From contig JAHFDU010000001.1 in the NCBI GenBank assembly GCA_023248835.1, forward strand, positions 1 to 32,499: a stretch of DNA of 32,499 nucleotides, given 5' to 3'. The notes under the pieces are model-generated. The model ran no database searches and was not told the origin of the DNA. It saw only the letters and a program-made list of their open reading frames with translations. Below, one piece after another: positions 6,765-15,030 of this stretch (position 1 is the first letter of the stretch; each line of letters opens with the position of its first letter). The position numbers and the translations under genes are program-made. Source of the stretch: Myxococcales bacterium (GTDB lineage: Bacteria; Myxococcota_A; Polyangia; Palsa-1104).

Positions 6765-9503
6765 CTACTTGCAATCTGCCCAAGTCGGGCCGATTCCGAC
6801 ATCGACTTTGAGCGGCACCGACAACTGCATCACCTGCTCCATCACCGTGACCAGACGCGCCGCGACGGCGGTGGCTTGCGCTTTCGGCGCTTCGAGCACC
6901 AGTTCGTCGTGCACGGTGAGTAGCATCGCCGCCTCGGGAAATTCTTGCGTTAGCATCCGATCGACCCCAAGCATCGCCAGCTTGATGAGGTCGGCCGCCG
7001 AGCCCTGCAGTGGCGTGTTCTTGGCCATGCGTTCGGCCGCCAAGCGCACATTGCGATTGCTGGCGCGCAACTCGGGGAGCGGACGAAAACGCCCCAGCAT
7101 GGTGCGCGCCCCACCCTCACGTCGCGCCAATTCGACCAGCTCGCTCATATAGGCGGCCACGCGAGCGTAGGTCTTTGAATACTGTTCGATGTAGCGTTTG
7201 GCGTCGCCGCGATCGATACCGAGCCGGTCGGCCAGACCGAAATCGGAAAGGCCATAGACGATGCCGTAGTTGATCATCTTGGCCGCCCTGCGCAGCTCGG
7301 GCTCGTCGGCGCGATCTGCGCCGAACATTTCGATCACGGTGCGGCGATGAATGTCTTCCGATTGATGGAAAGCGTCGGTGAGCACCGGATCTTTGGACAG
7401 ATGCGCCAACATGCGCAGCTCGATTTGCGAGTAGTCGCCGGCGACCAAGAGCTTGCCGCGCGCCGCCACAAAAGCATGGCGAATTTTCAGCCCATGTTCG
7501 GTGCGAATCGGCACATTTTGCAAATTGGGATTGACCGACGACAACCGTCCGGTGGCAGCGACCGTCTGCTCGTACGAGGTGTGCAGCCGCCCAGTGTGCG
7601 CGTCGACCAAAAGCGGCAGCGCATCGACATAGGTGCCTTTCAGTTTCGCCAGCAGTCGATGCTCGGCAATTTTCGCCGCGACGGGATGCAGCGGCGCCAG
7701 GGTCTCGAGCACGTCGGCGTCGGTCGAAAAACCGGTTTTGGTTTTGCGAACCGGCGGCAGCGCCAGTTTTTCGAACAGCAATTCTTGCAGCTGCTTGGGC
7801 GACGCAAGATTGATCTCACTGCCCGCCACGGCTTGCACTTCGCGCTCGATTGCTTGCAATTCTTGGTCAAGTTCGATCGACAGCTTGCGCAACATTTCGA
7901 CATCGAGTTCGATGCCTTTGCGCTCCATCACCGCCAGCACCCGCGCCAGCGGCAATTCAAGATCGTCAAAAAGCTTGGTGAGCTCTTGCGCCTCGAGTGC
8001 GTCGCGCATCTTCTGGCCCACCCGCAACGTCGCCTCGGCCTCTACCGCCGAAAACGCGGCCGCGCGAGCTATTTCTAGCGAGTCAAACAGTAGCTTTTTT
8101 TTGCTGGTGCTCAGCAGCGCCGCTCGATCTCCGATGGTCTCGGTGAGTTGTTCGGTCGCCAGCGCCGCCAACTCTTGCGCTCGGGTGGGGTCGAACAAAT
8201 AGGCCGCGATCATCGGATCGCAAACCACACCGTTCAGGTGAATGCCGTGCGCCAACAACACCAGCTCCGCCTGCTTGACATCATAGACATGCTTTCGCGG
8301 CGTCGGCGACTCAAGGAGAGGGCGCATGAGCTCGAGCCCTCGCACAAGTCCAAGTTGCGACGGCGCACCCAGATACCGATGCGCAATCGGCACATAGATC
8401 GGTGCGGCTTCTGCGCATGACAGCGCCACGCCCACCAGCACCAGCGGTGGCGATGCGGTTTGAAAAGTAATCGCGATTTCGGCTGCACCCGAAAATGCCG
8501 CGACGGCTGAGCTAAGCTCGTTGGCGTCGGTGAGGACGCGCACTTCTGGTCGTGCTAGACGAACCACGGGAACAACCGGCGGTGCAAGCGGCGCGGAACC
8601 AACCTTTGCCGGCTGCATCCGCTCGAGCAGGCGCTCAAATTCAAATTCACGCAGAGCGCTCTCCACCCGCGCCATGTCGGGCTCTTGGCGGCGCAGCGCT
8701 TCGATCTCGACTGCTACTGGCACCGCGTCGTCGAGCGCGACCAATTTGCGCGACAGTCGCAGCGCATCGACGTTGACCTTTAGCTTTTCCGCGACCGACT
8801 GCGCACCGCGCAATCCTTTGATGGCGGGCACCTCTTCGAGACGCGACAGCAAAGCATCGAGCGATCCGAAATGCGCTACTAGCGCGCTTGCGGTCTTCGG
8901 CCCGACCCCCGGCACTCCGGGAACGTTGTCGACGCTGTCGCCCATCAGCGCCAGCACGTCGCCGAGCTGTTCCGGCGCCACGCCAAATTTTCCGACTACC
9001 TCTGCCGCGCCGTAGAAAAATCCCTGCGGTGTATTTTTCATGGTGTCGAGCAGCCGACAATCGTCGCCGACCAGCTGCATCAGGTCTTTGTCGGACGAAA
9101 CGATCACCACACGCTGCTTTTTCTCGCGCGCTTTTCTGACCAGCGTTGCAATGATGTCATCGGCTTCATAGCCGCGGAGCTCGAGCATCGGCACGCCAAA
9201 CGCTTCGACCATTTTTCGCACCGTGGCGAATTGCGGTTTCAGATCGTCGGGCGGCTCGGTGCGATTGGCTTTGTACTCGGCATAGAGATCATTGCGAAAC
9301 GAGTGAGCGCCAGCGTCGAACACCACCACTAGATGCGACGGCCGCTCGGCAAGCTCAAGCTTGATCAGCATTTGGGTAAACCCGTACACCGCACCCGACG
9401 GCACACCAGCGCGGGTAGTCAGCGGCGGCAGCGCATGGTAGGCGCGAAAAATAAATCCGCTGCCGTCGACGATGTAGAGCACGTCTGAACCGGGATCGGT
9501 CAT
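6765..9503 (-). CDS. polA: DNA polymerase I
   Basis: 912 aa with a 5' nuclease domain (LYIVDGSGFIFRAYHAL, GYEADDIIATL, SSDKDLMQL) and polymerase motifs (DYSQIELRMLAH, RRAAKMINYGIVYG, TVHDELVLE). The start overlaps the pyrD stop (ATGA). Confidence 0.97.
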   Translation of the reverse strand: MTDPGSDVLYIVDGSGFIFRAYHALPPLTTRAGVPSGAVYGFTQMLIKLELAERPSHLVVVFDAGAHSFRNDLYAEYKANRTEPPDDLKPQFATVRKMVEAFGVPMLELRGYEADDIIATLVRKAREKKQRVVIVSSDKDLMQLVGDDCRLLDTMKNTPQGFFYGAAEVVGKFGVAPEQLGDVLALMGDSVDNVPGVPGVGPKTASALVAHFGSLDALLSRLEEVPAIKGLRGAQSVAEKLKVNVDALRLSRKLVALDDAVPVAVEIEALRRQEPDMARVESALREFEFERLLERMQPAKVGSAPLAPPVVPVVRLARPEVRVLTDANELSSAVAAFSGAAEIAITFQTASPPLVLVGVALSCAEAAPIYVPIAHRYLGAPSQLGLVRGLELMRPLLESPTPRKHVYDVKQAELVLLAHGIHLNGVVCDPMIAAYLFDPTRAQELAALATEQLTETIGDRAALLSTSKKKLLFDSLEIARAAAFSAVEAEATLRVGQKMRDALEAQELTKLFDDLELPLARVLAVMERKGIELDVEMLRKLSIELDQELQAIEREVQAVAGSEINLASPKQLQELLFEKLALPPVRKTKTGFSTDADVLETLAPLHPVAAKIAEHRLLAKLKGTYVDALPLLVDAHTGRLHTSYEQTVAATGRLSSVNPNLQNVPIRTEHGLKIRHAFVAARGKLLVAGDYSQIELRMLAHLSKDPVLTDAFHQSEDIHRRTVIEMFGADRADEPELRRAAKMINYGIVYGLSDFGLADRLGIDRGDAKRYIEQYSKTYARVAAYMSELVELARREGGARTMLGRFRPLPELRASNRNVRLAAERMAKNTPLQGSAADLIKLAMLGVDRMLTQEFPEAAMLLTVHDELVLEAPKAQATAVAARLVTVMEQVMQLSVPLKVDVGIGPTWADCK

Positions 9504-10417
9504 TTGATTTTCAAGCCACCAATGAGTTCGTTCACGTCGTCGATTTTTTCTTCGCTGAGAAATTGCTTCAGTTCTTCGCCAATGCGTGCAGCGGCGCTCG
9601 GTTCAGCGAAATTTTGGGTACCCACCTGCACCGTGGAGGCGCCGGCGAGCAGAAATTCAACGACATCCTCGCCCGACTGAATGCCGCCGATGCCGGAAAT
9701 CGGCACGTCAGGGAGCGCGCGATGCACCTCAAAGACCATGCGCAGCGCCACCGGCTTGATCGCCGGGCCCGACAGGCCGCCGAAGATGGTCGCGATGCGC
9801 GGCCGACGGCGACGCGCATCGATCGCCATCGCTGAAATGGTATTCACCACCGACAGGCCGTCGGCACCGCTCTCGATCGCGGCTCGGGAAATTGACACCA
9901 CATCGGTACAGTTCGGTGTCAATTTGATGAGCAGTGGCTTCTTGATCGCGGCGCGACACGCACGCACCAGATCGCGCAAGACGTTCGACTCGGTGCCAAA
10001 TTCGACGCCGCCCTTCTTGATGTTGGGACAGGAGACATTCATCTCGAGCGCGTCAACGCCGTCAAGTGCGTCGAGGGCGGCGCCACACGCTACATATTCG
10101 TCGATCGTTTCCCCAAAAAAATTGACCACCACGTTGGTTCCACATTTGCGCAAAAAGGGCAGCTTATTTTGCGCGAACCCGTCGACGCCGACATTTTCAA
10201 GACCGATGGAATTGATCATGCCCGCAGCGGTTTCGCAGATGCGCGGCAACGGATTGCCAGCGCGAGGTTTTGGCGAAATGCCTTTGGTGACAATTCCGCC
10301 GAGCGCTCGCAGGTCTAAGAAGCGATCGAATTCCGCGCCATAACCAAAAGTTCCCGACGCGGTCCAGATTGGCGATGAGCAATCAAGCCCTGCGAATTTC
10401 ACCCCAAGATTGGTCAT
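9500..10417 (-). CDS. pyrD: Dihydroorotate dehydrogenase, class 1B catalytic subunit
   Basis: 305 aa: GLDCSSPIWTASGTFGYG, NSIGLENVGVD, EMNVSCPNIKKGG, GGLSGPAIKPVALRMV, IGGIQSGEDVVEFLLAGAS. Lies immediately downstream of pyrK. Confidence 0.95.
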   Translation of the reverse strand: MTNLGVKFAGLDCSSPIWTASGTFGYGAEFDRFLDLRALGGIVTKGISPKPRAGNPLPRICETAAGMINSIGLENVGVDGFAQNKLPFLRKCGTNVVVNFFGETIDEYVACGAALDALDGVDALEMNVSCPNIKKGGVEFGTESNVLRDLVRACRAAIKKPLLIKLTPNCTDVVSISRAAIESGADGLSVVNTISAMAIDARRRRPRIATIFGGLSGPAIKPVALRMVFEVHRALPDVPISGIGGIQSGEDVVEFLLAGASTVQVGTQNFAEPSAAARIGEELKQFLSEEKIDDVNELIGGLKIK

Positions 10418-11198
10418 GGCATCTCAATCTTCGCCGCGTCAAACACCGGCCCGTCGGTGCAAGCGTAGGCAAACGCGCGTTCACCGCCCGGCGTCGGAAT
10501 CGCGCAGCCGAGACACACCCCAAAACCGCAGGCCATCTCGCCTTCGACCGAGACCAAACAGTGGAGCGAATATTTTCGCGCCAACTCGACCACCGACCTC
10601 ATCATCGCATTCGGCCCGCAAGTGTAGAGCACCGATGGAGGCACCGACTCTAGATCGGCAAGATATTGAAGCAGAGCCGAAGTGACGCGACCGGAGACGC
10701 CGCACGAACCATCTTCGGTGGTCAGCGTTAGCGCGCAGCCAGTGCGTTCGATCTGGTCGAGCAAAACCAGATCTTGCACAGTTCGCGCGCCGTAAAACAG
10801 ATGCACCGCGGCGCCATTTTTTTTGCCGCTTCGGCATGCCACAACAGTGGCGCCAAGCCGACTCCGCCGGCGACCAAGATTTCACGCCGATCTTTCACCG
10901 GAGCCGGAAAACCGCGACCCAGCGGACCGAGCAGATCGAGGACTGCGCCCACGGTCGCTGCTCCGAGCAGCCGGGTGCCGCGGCCGATCGCTTTGCCGAG
11001 CAGTTCGCATTCGCCGCCCGGCAGCGCACGCAAGATCGAAAAAGCGCGCGGCAGCAGCGGATCGCGCCCCCAATCGCCGCGCACCATGACGAATTGACCC
11101 GGCTGCGCCGGCGCCAGCGCTTCGCAACCGTCGAGGCGCAGCACGAAGCTTGAGCGCCCAAGCTCTCTTCGCTCGACGACGCGCGCCCGCATCTGCAT
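10414..11198 (-). pseudogene. pyrK: Dihydroorotate dehydrogenase electron-transfer subunit, interrupted by a frameshift in an A8 homopolymer
   Basis: The N-terminal part (MQMRARVVERRELG..ILVAGGVGLAPLLWHAEAAKK) is in one frame (ORF 10728..11228). The C-terminal part (NGAAVHLFYGARTVQDL..ACGFGVCLGCAIP..YACTDGPVFD, 2Fe-2S cysteines intact) is in another (ORF 10414..10842). The frames switch at T8 10817-10824 (+ strand). One extra A would give ..AEAAKKNGAAVHLFYGAR.. Confidence 0.85.
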
Positions 11199-11231
11199 GG
11201 CGGCGATGCTACGCGGCGGCGCTTTCAAAGT

Positions 11232-12131
11232 CTATGGGAAGTGCCGGCGCCGATGAAACAGGAGAAGGAACAAGCCCAGAAGCGCGACTCCACTTGACCC
11301 CGCGCTCGAGGCAAACGAGCAGCCGCCGCTTTGGGTCATCTGCGTCGGATCATCCGTCGGTGGTGGATCTGTTCCGGGGTCAACGACTGCTGCGTCCGCC
11401 ATGTCGCTTGGGTCGACGACGGCGGCGTCGTGCGCGGCCAGATCGGCCGGCGCGGCATCGTACGGGATCGGGATTGCATCCGGTACGCCGATGAGATCGG
11501 GCGAAGCGCTGTCGTGCGCGATCGGCGCATCCACCGGTGCTGCATCGGGCCCGGGGCTGGCGTCCACCATATCGGGCGTCGCAGCATCCACCATCGGCGC
11601 CGTCACCGTCACTGTCAGCGTGTTGCTCGAGGCCTGATCGCCGCTGTTGCTGGTGTCGCCGTCGCAGGAGTTGCCGGAACCAAAAATCGTAAATGAGCCG
11701 GCACTGGCGGGTGCGGTGACACGAAACGTCACCGTCAAACTGCCAGCGGAGAAATTGATCGGACTTGAGTGAAAAAGCTCGTTCTGAAACACTGTCGTCG
11801 AACCGCTTACCGTCGCCAAGTGCGCGCTAGAACCACTCACCGCAATGTCGACGCCACCGACGATCGCGGCGCCGCCCTGGATCAGCAGCGTATAGGTGGC
11901 CGATGCGTTGGTGGCGAGCGAAGCGGGGCCGCTCAGTGTTACGACGGGAGCGCTGCCGGCAGAATGGCAGTCATTGCAGTTGATGCCCTCTTTGCCGGAA
12001 TAGCCAGTAATGCCCCCGCTGCGCGCAAAACTCGGCCGTGAAACCAGCAACCAGCCAACCCAACAGACGGCAAAAACGAACAACCTCACGTTTCGCCACC
12101 TCTTAACAGGAGAGGAAACCCGCATATGCAA
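11232..12131 (-). CDS. Secreted protein with CxxCH motif and MYXO-CTERM-like C-terminal sorting tail
   Basis: Signal peptide RLFVFAVCWVGWLLVSRPSFA. CNDCH at nt 11964-11978. Asp/Ala/Pro-rich linker. The tail SGGCSFASSAGSSGVALLGLFLLLFHRRRHFP has Gly-Cys, a hydrophobic helix and an Arg cluster. The likely true start is GTG 12089, preceded by AGAGGTGG. Confidence 0.7.
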   Translation of the reverse strand: MHMRVSSPVKRWRNVRLFVFAVCWVGWLLVSRPSFARSGGITGYSGKEGINCNDCHSAGSAPVVTLSGPASLATNASATYTLLIQGGAAIVGGVDIAVSGSSAHLATVSGSTTVFQNELFHSSPINFSAGSLTVTFRVTAPASAGSFTIFGSGNSCDGDTSNSGDQASSNTLTVTVTAPMVDAATPDMVDASPGPDAAPVDAPIAHDSASPDLIGVPDAIPIPYDAAPADLAAHDAAVVDPSDMADAAVVDPGTDPPPTDDPTQMTQSGGCSFASSAGSSGVALLGLFLLLFHRRRHFP

Positions 12132-12148
12132 CCATATAAAACAAGACG

Positions 12149-12157
12149 ATTATATCA
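12149..12157 (-). promoter_or_regulatory. Candidate extended -10 promoter (TGATATAAT) for the MYXO-CTERM protein gene
   Basis: The - strand reads TGATATAAT inside a strongly AT-rich spacer (12132-12275). No good -35 was found. Confidence 0.3.
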
Positions 12158-12275
12158 CGACACTGACAGATTAATTACATTAACAAATCTACATTACATC
12201 TAACAATCCGATCCATTCCGCTTGCGGCAAAAGAAGCGTGGACGCGTGCACAAACGGATCATCGCCAGATGGGAA

Positions 12276-13064
12276 TTAGTCAATGTCTCCGCGATCTGCA
12301 GGACATGTCGATTTGGCGCCACGCAGAAGGTCGAAGGCGATTGCGAAATTATCGCTCGCACCCTCCGTTGCCGAATCGACAAGGTCAGCAAATAGGTTCC
12401 AGCTCCCTTCTTCTCCTGCTTTTTTGTGCTCTGCAGCCGAAACCGGAAGTAGCCAGTAGAAACCGTTGGCGAAATTAGTTCCTGGATTTTGATGCCAATC
12501 GGCTGGTTTCACCAGATCGCCAGGACCTGTGGCGATGTCGAACGGACCAAGGCCAGCGACCAGCATGTGAGGCGTAGCTGACAAAATCACAGAATGGTCC
12601 AAAATAGAACGAGTCCATGGCTGCTTCCCGGGTCCAAACATCAGAGTGTCGGTGATCGCAAAATGCTCACCGCCCCTCATCCATGACGCGAAATCTTGTG
12701 CGGCGAGCGCGAACCATGTCACCAGCGGAGGATGCTCGACTTGATTCCAATCCCAAGCGGGCAAAGTTCGTGGCTCCGAAGAAAGCGCCACGCCAATACG
12801 ACTCGGAAATGGATCTTCCTGTTCGCTGTTGTTGGTGGCGAGCACAAGTTCAAAGTGTCTGAATGCGGTTCGCCGCTCTCGTTCGGACTGTTCTATCGCG
12901 CACAAACCAACGGTCGTAAACAACCAGATCACCGGCGAGTGCTGGTCCCATGAAAACATGCGTGCGAGAACAAAAATATCCGTTTCAAATGTTAGGTTCG
13001 CAGGCGGAACGTACAGTCGAGTTGCGTGATGACGCTCGAAGAGATGAAAGAGGCCGGCACGCAT
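12276..13064 (-). CDS. Suppressor-of-fused (SUFU)-like domain protein (immunity-protein-like family); start uncertain (13064 or 12959)
   Basis: SUFU-like layout: TDIFVLAR..SPVIWLFTTVGLCAIEQ..FELVLATNN.., ending ..ADRGDID with TAA at 12276. GC is visibly lower than in the neighbours. The 369-aa ORF extension to 13385 is a shadow of the + strand gene at 13029..13412. Confidence 0.6.
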   Translation of the reverse strand: MRAGLFHLFERHHATRLYVPPANLTFETDIFVLARMFSWDQHSPVIWLFTTVGLCAIEQSERERRTAFRHFELVLATNNSEQEDPFPSRIGVALSSEPRTLPAWDWNQVEHPPLVTWFALAAQDFASWMRGGEHFAITDTLMFGPGKQPWTRSILDHSVILSATPHMLVAGLGPFDIATGPGDLVKPADWHQNPGTNFANGFYWLLPVSAAEHKKAGEEGSWNLFADLVDSATEGASDNFAIAFDLLRGAKSTCPADRGDID

Positions 13065-13412
13065 CCCTACCCGGACCACGGGCGAGCGCAGATCTTTCAC
13101 GCCACTGTCACCGCGCTGCGCACGCTCGGGTACCAGGTGGTGGTGGCCGACTCCGGCAACGGAAAAATCAAGACCGCGCCAAAACTGGTCACCGCCGTCG
13201 CGCACGGCAACGCCTACTCTGCAGTGGCGACAGAAAACAGCGTCGCCTGGAATGTTCACATCGTGCCGTCGTCCAAAGGCGCGGTTCTGCACGCCGAGCC
13301 GCGTGGTTACAGCGGCGGCCAGGCGGTCGATCCAACTCGCATGAACGCATCCTACATGGAGCGCCTGTTTGCGACGCTCTACCAAGAGATCGACAACAAT
13401 TTGTCCAATTGA
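13029..13412 (+). CDS. Hypothetical cytoplasmic protein (127 aa)
   Basis: Strong GC3 bias typical of host genes. An in-frame stop at 12993-12995 rules out a longer N-terminus, so there is no signal peptide. The product starts MTLEEMKEAGTHPYPDHGRAQIFHATVTALRTLGYQVVVADSGNGKIKTAP.. Family not recognised with confidence. Confidence 0.6.
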   Translation: MTLEEMKEAGTHPYPDHGRAQIFHATVTALRTLGYQVVVADSGNGKIKTAPKLVTAVAHGNAYSAVATENSVAWNVHIVPSSKGAVLHAEPRGYSGGQAVDPTRMNASYMERLFATLYQEIDNNLSN

Positions 13413-13424
13413 TCGCGGAAAGAA

Positions 13425-13459
13425 AAAGGCGCGTATCCCGTTCAGAGATACGCGCCTTT
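13425..13459 (-). terminator. Intrinsic terminator hairpin (bidirectional position) downstream of tRNA-fMet
   Basis: A 13-bp stem, AAAGGCGCGTATC (13425-13437) with GATACGCGCCTTT (13447-13459). On the - strand it is followed by TTTTTCTTTCC. It also sits 13 nt after the stop of the + strand gene. Confidence 0.6.
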
Positions 13460-13461
13460 GG

Positions 13462-13538
<77 letters not shown>

Positions 13539-13616
13539 TCAACAGGGCGATAGCTCTACCCTAGCCGCTCGCATGCGTCAAGCCCCGACTCGACAAAATC
13601 GCTCACTTCTGGTTTG

Positions 13617-13645
13617 TTGACGACGGCGAGCGGACAAAATAAAAT
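13617..13645 (+). promoter_or_regulatory. Candidate sigma70-type promoter TTGACG-N17-TAAAAT for the TPR protein gene
   Basis: TTGACG at 13617-13622, a 17-nt spacer, then TAAAAT at 13640-13645. The ATG at 13655 is only 10 nt from the -10, which implies a very short or absent leader. Confidence 0.35.
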
Positions 13646-13654
13646 GAACCCATC

Positions 13655-14455
13655 ATGAAAAATTCTGTTCCTTGGATGGCAGTACTGGCGGCGGGCCTCA
13701 TCAGCGCTACATCCGCTCGAGCAGACGACCGCGCGGTGGCGCGAGAGCACTACCAGAAGGGCACCAAGCTGTTCGACTTGGGCCAGTTTGACGATGCGGT
13801 CAAGGAATATGAAGCCGCCTACCAGGTCAAGGATGATCCGGTTCTGCTCTACAACATCGCGCAGGCACACCGATTGGCCGGCCACCACGAACGAGCGATC
13901 TTCTTTTACAAGAGCTTTTTGCGCCGCATGCCCAAAGCGCCCAACCGCGAAGACGTGTTGCAAAAAATCGCCGAGCTGCAGCGCAAGCTGGACCACCCTG
14001 AGCCTGGTCCGGCGCCAGAACCGACACCAACCCCAACCCCGACTCCGACGCCGGCACCGACGCCGATTGCGCGCCCGCAACCGCTGCGCCCGACACCAGT
14101 CAAGCCGGCGCCGGCCCAAGCCGGACAAACCATGAAAATCGCCGGGTTTGCCCTGATTGGAGTGGGCGCCGCTGCATTGATCGGAGGTGTCGCCGCCACC
14201 GGATTAGCAGCGAAGTATGCCGGTGACGCGACTGTCGGAAACAGGTTTCATCCCGACGCAGCCGCATCGCTGAGTGCGGCCCAAAATGCTTCTTTCGCCA
14301 TGTACGCCATCGGCGGCGCTGCCGTGATCGCCGGGGCGGTGTGCGTCGGTCTCGGGTACAGCGACGAGGCCGCCGCCAAGAAGACCAAGCGCGTACAGAT
14401 CCTGCCGCTGCTAGCACCGAACTACGCTGGCGCCAGCGTCTCTTTCAGCTTCTAG
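13655..14455 (+). CDS. Secreted/membrane TPR protein with Pro/Thr linker and C-terminal hydrophobic segments
   Basis: Signal peptide MKNSVPWMAVLAAGLISATSARA. TPR-like YQKGTKLFDLGQFDDAVKEYEAAYQV..YNIAQAHRLAGHHERAIFFYKSFL. Linker PEPTPTPTPTPTPAPTP. Two Gly/Ala-rich hydrophobic stretches. Confidence 0.8.
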   Translation: MKNSVPWMAVLAAGLISATSARADDRAVAREHYQKGTKLFDLGQFDDAVKEYEAAYQVKDDPVLLYNIAQAHRLAGHHERAIFFYKSFLRRMPKAPNREDVLQKIAELQRKLDHPEPGPAPEPTPTPTPTPTPAPTPIARPQPLRPTPVKPAPAQAGQTMKIAGFALIGVGAAALIGGVAATGLAAKYAGDATVGNRFHPDAAASLSAAQNASFAMYAIGGAAVIAGAVCVGLGYSDEAAAKKTKRVQILPLLAPNYAGASVSFSF

Positions 14456-14532
14456 CCCCAATGCCGTTCACTTAGTTAGGACCGTGCATGCTGGGGGAGC
14501 GCAAAGCGCGAAATCGAAGCACCATCGAGGAT

Positions 14533-14556
14533 CGTCCTTCGACAAGCTAGAGGACG
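14533..14556. repeat. Copy of the GC-rich palindromic repeat family (core CCTTCGACAAGCTAGAGG)
   Basis: CGTCCTTCGACAAGCTAGAGGACG forms a CGTCCT/AGGACG hairpin in the convergent gap between the TPR and EVE genes. The upstream CATGCTGGGGGAGCG resembles the left part of the 28466 copy. Confidence 0.5.
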
Positions 14557-14591
14557 CACGGATATGGAATCTTGACTGAATGGCATTGCTT

Positions 14592-14987
14592 CTAGGCTTT
14601 GGCAAGTTCCATAATTCTTTTGAACTGCTCGTCGGTGAGCGGCACAAAAGAGAGTCGTCCCTGCCGCACCAGCGGACTGTCGGCAAACAGCGGGTCCGCT
14701 TTGATCACCCCAAGAGTGACCGACCGGGCGAACTGTTCGACAAATTTCACGTCAACCATCAGCCCGCTTTTCTCGTCGATGTAGGCAGGTTTGACGATCT
14801 TGGCCAAACCCACTGCGGCCCGCTCATCACCGGTGTGATAGACCACAGCGTCGTCGCCGAGCGCGGCCGAGCGCAAATGTTTGAGCGCGACCGGGTTGGC
14901 GATGCCGTCCCAGGCGGTGCGCTTGGCTTGCTTGAGGTTTTGTAGGCTATAAACACTTGGTTCGGTCTTCAATAGAAAATGTGCCAT
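14592..14987 (-). CDS. EVE (PUA-like, DUF55) domain protein
   Basis: MAHFLLKTEPSVYSLQNLKQAKRTAWDGIANPVALKHLRSAALGDDAVVYHTGDERAAVGLAKIV.. fits the EVE pattern (LLK.EP, W.GV+N..A+N.L+.M..GD....YHS). ATG 14987 is preferred over 15002. Confidence 0.9.
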   Translation of the reverse strand: MAHFLLKTEPSVYSLQNLKQAKRTAWDGIANPVALKHLRSAALGDDAVVYHTGDERAAVGLAKIVKPAYIDEKSGLMVDVKFVEQFARSVTLGVIKADPLFADSPLVRQGRLSFVPLTDEQFKRIMELAKA

Positions 14988-15030
14988 GCCCCCCTTTACC
15001 ACATTCCCGATTTAGTGCTATACGCGCCTC

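Noticed and set aside
12132-12275. Search for an att-like direct repeat of the tRNA-fMet 3' end, or an integrase, bounding the SUFU-like insertion.
   Set aside because: No match to TGGTAGCGGGGGCCGGATTTGAACC or its complement was seen in the AT-rich spacer, and the window has no integrase. A classical tRNA-targeted integrative island cannot be claimed.
13065-13385. N-terminal 107 codons of the 369-aa ORF 12276..13385.
   Set aside because: This part overlaps the + strand gene 13029..13412, which has strong GC3 bias and a plausible product. The antisense extension is Arg/Gly/Val-rich noise, so the SUFU-like gene is started at 13064 or 12959 instead.
14015-14065. Pro/Thr-coding microsatellite-like stretch (CCGACACCAACCCCAACCCCGACTCCGACGCCGGCACCGACGCCG).
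   Set aside because: It is in frame within the 13655..14455 gene and encodes a PT linker. This is ordinary low-complexity coding sequence rather than a non-coding repeat.
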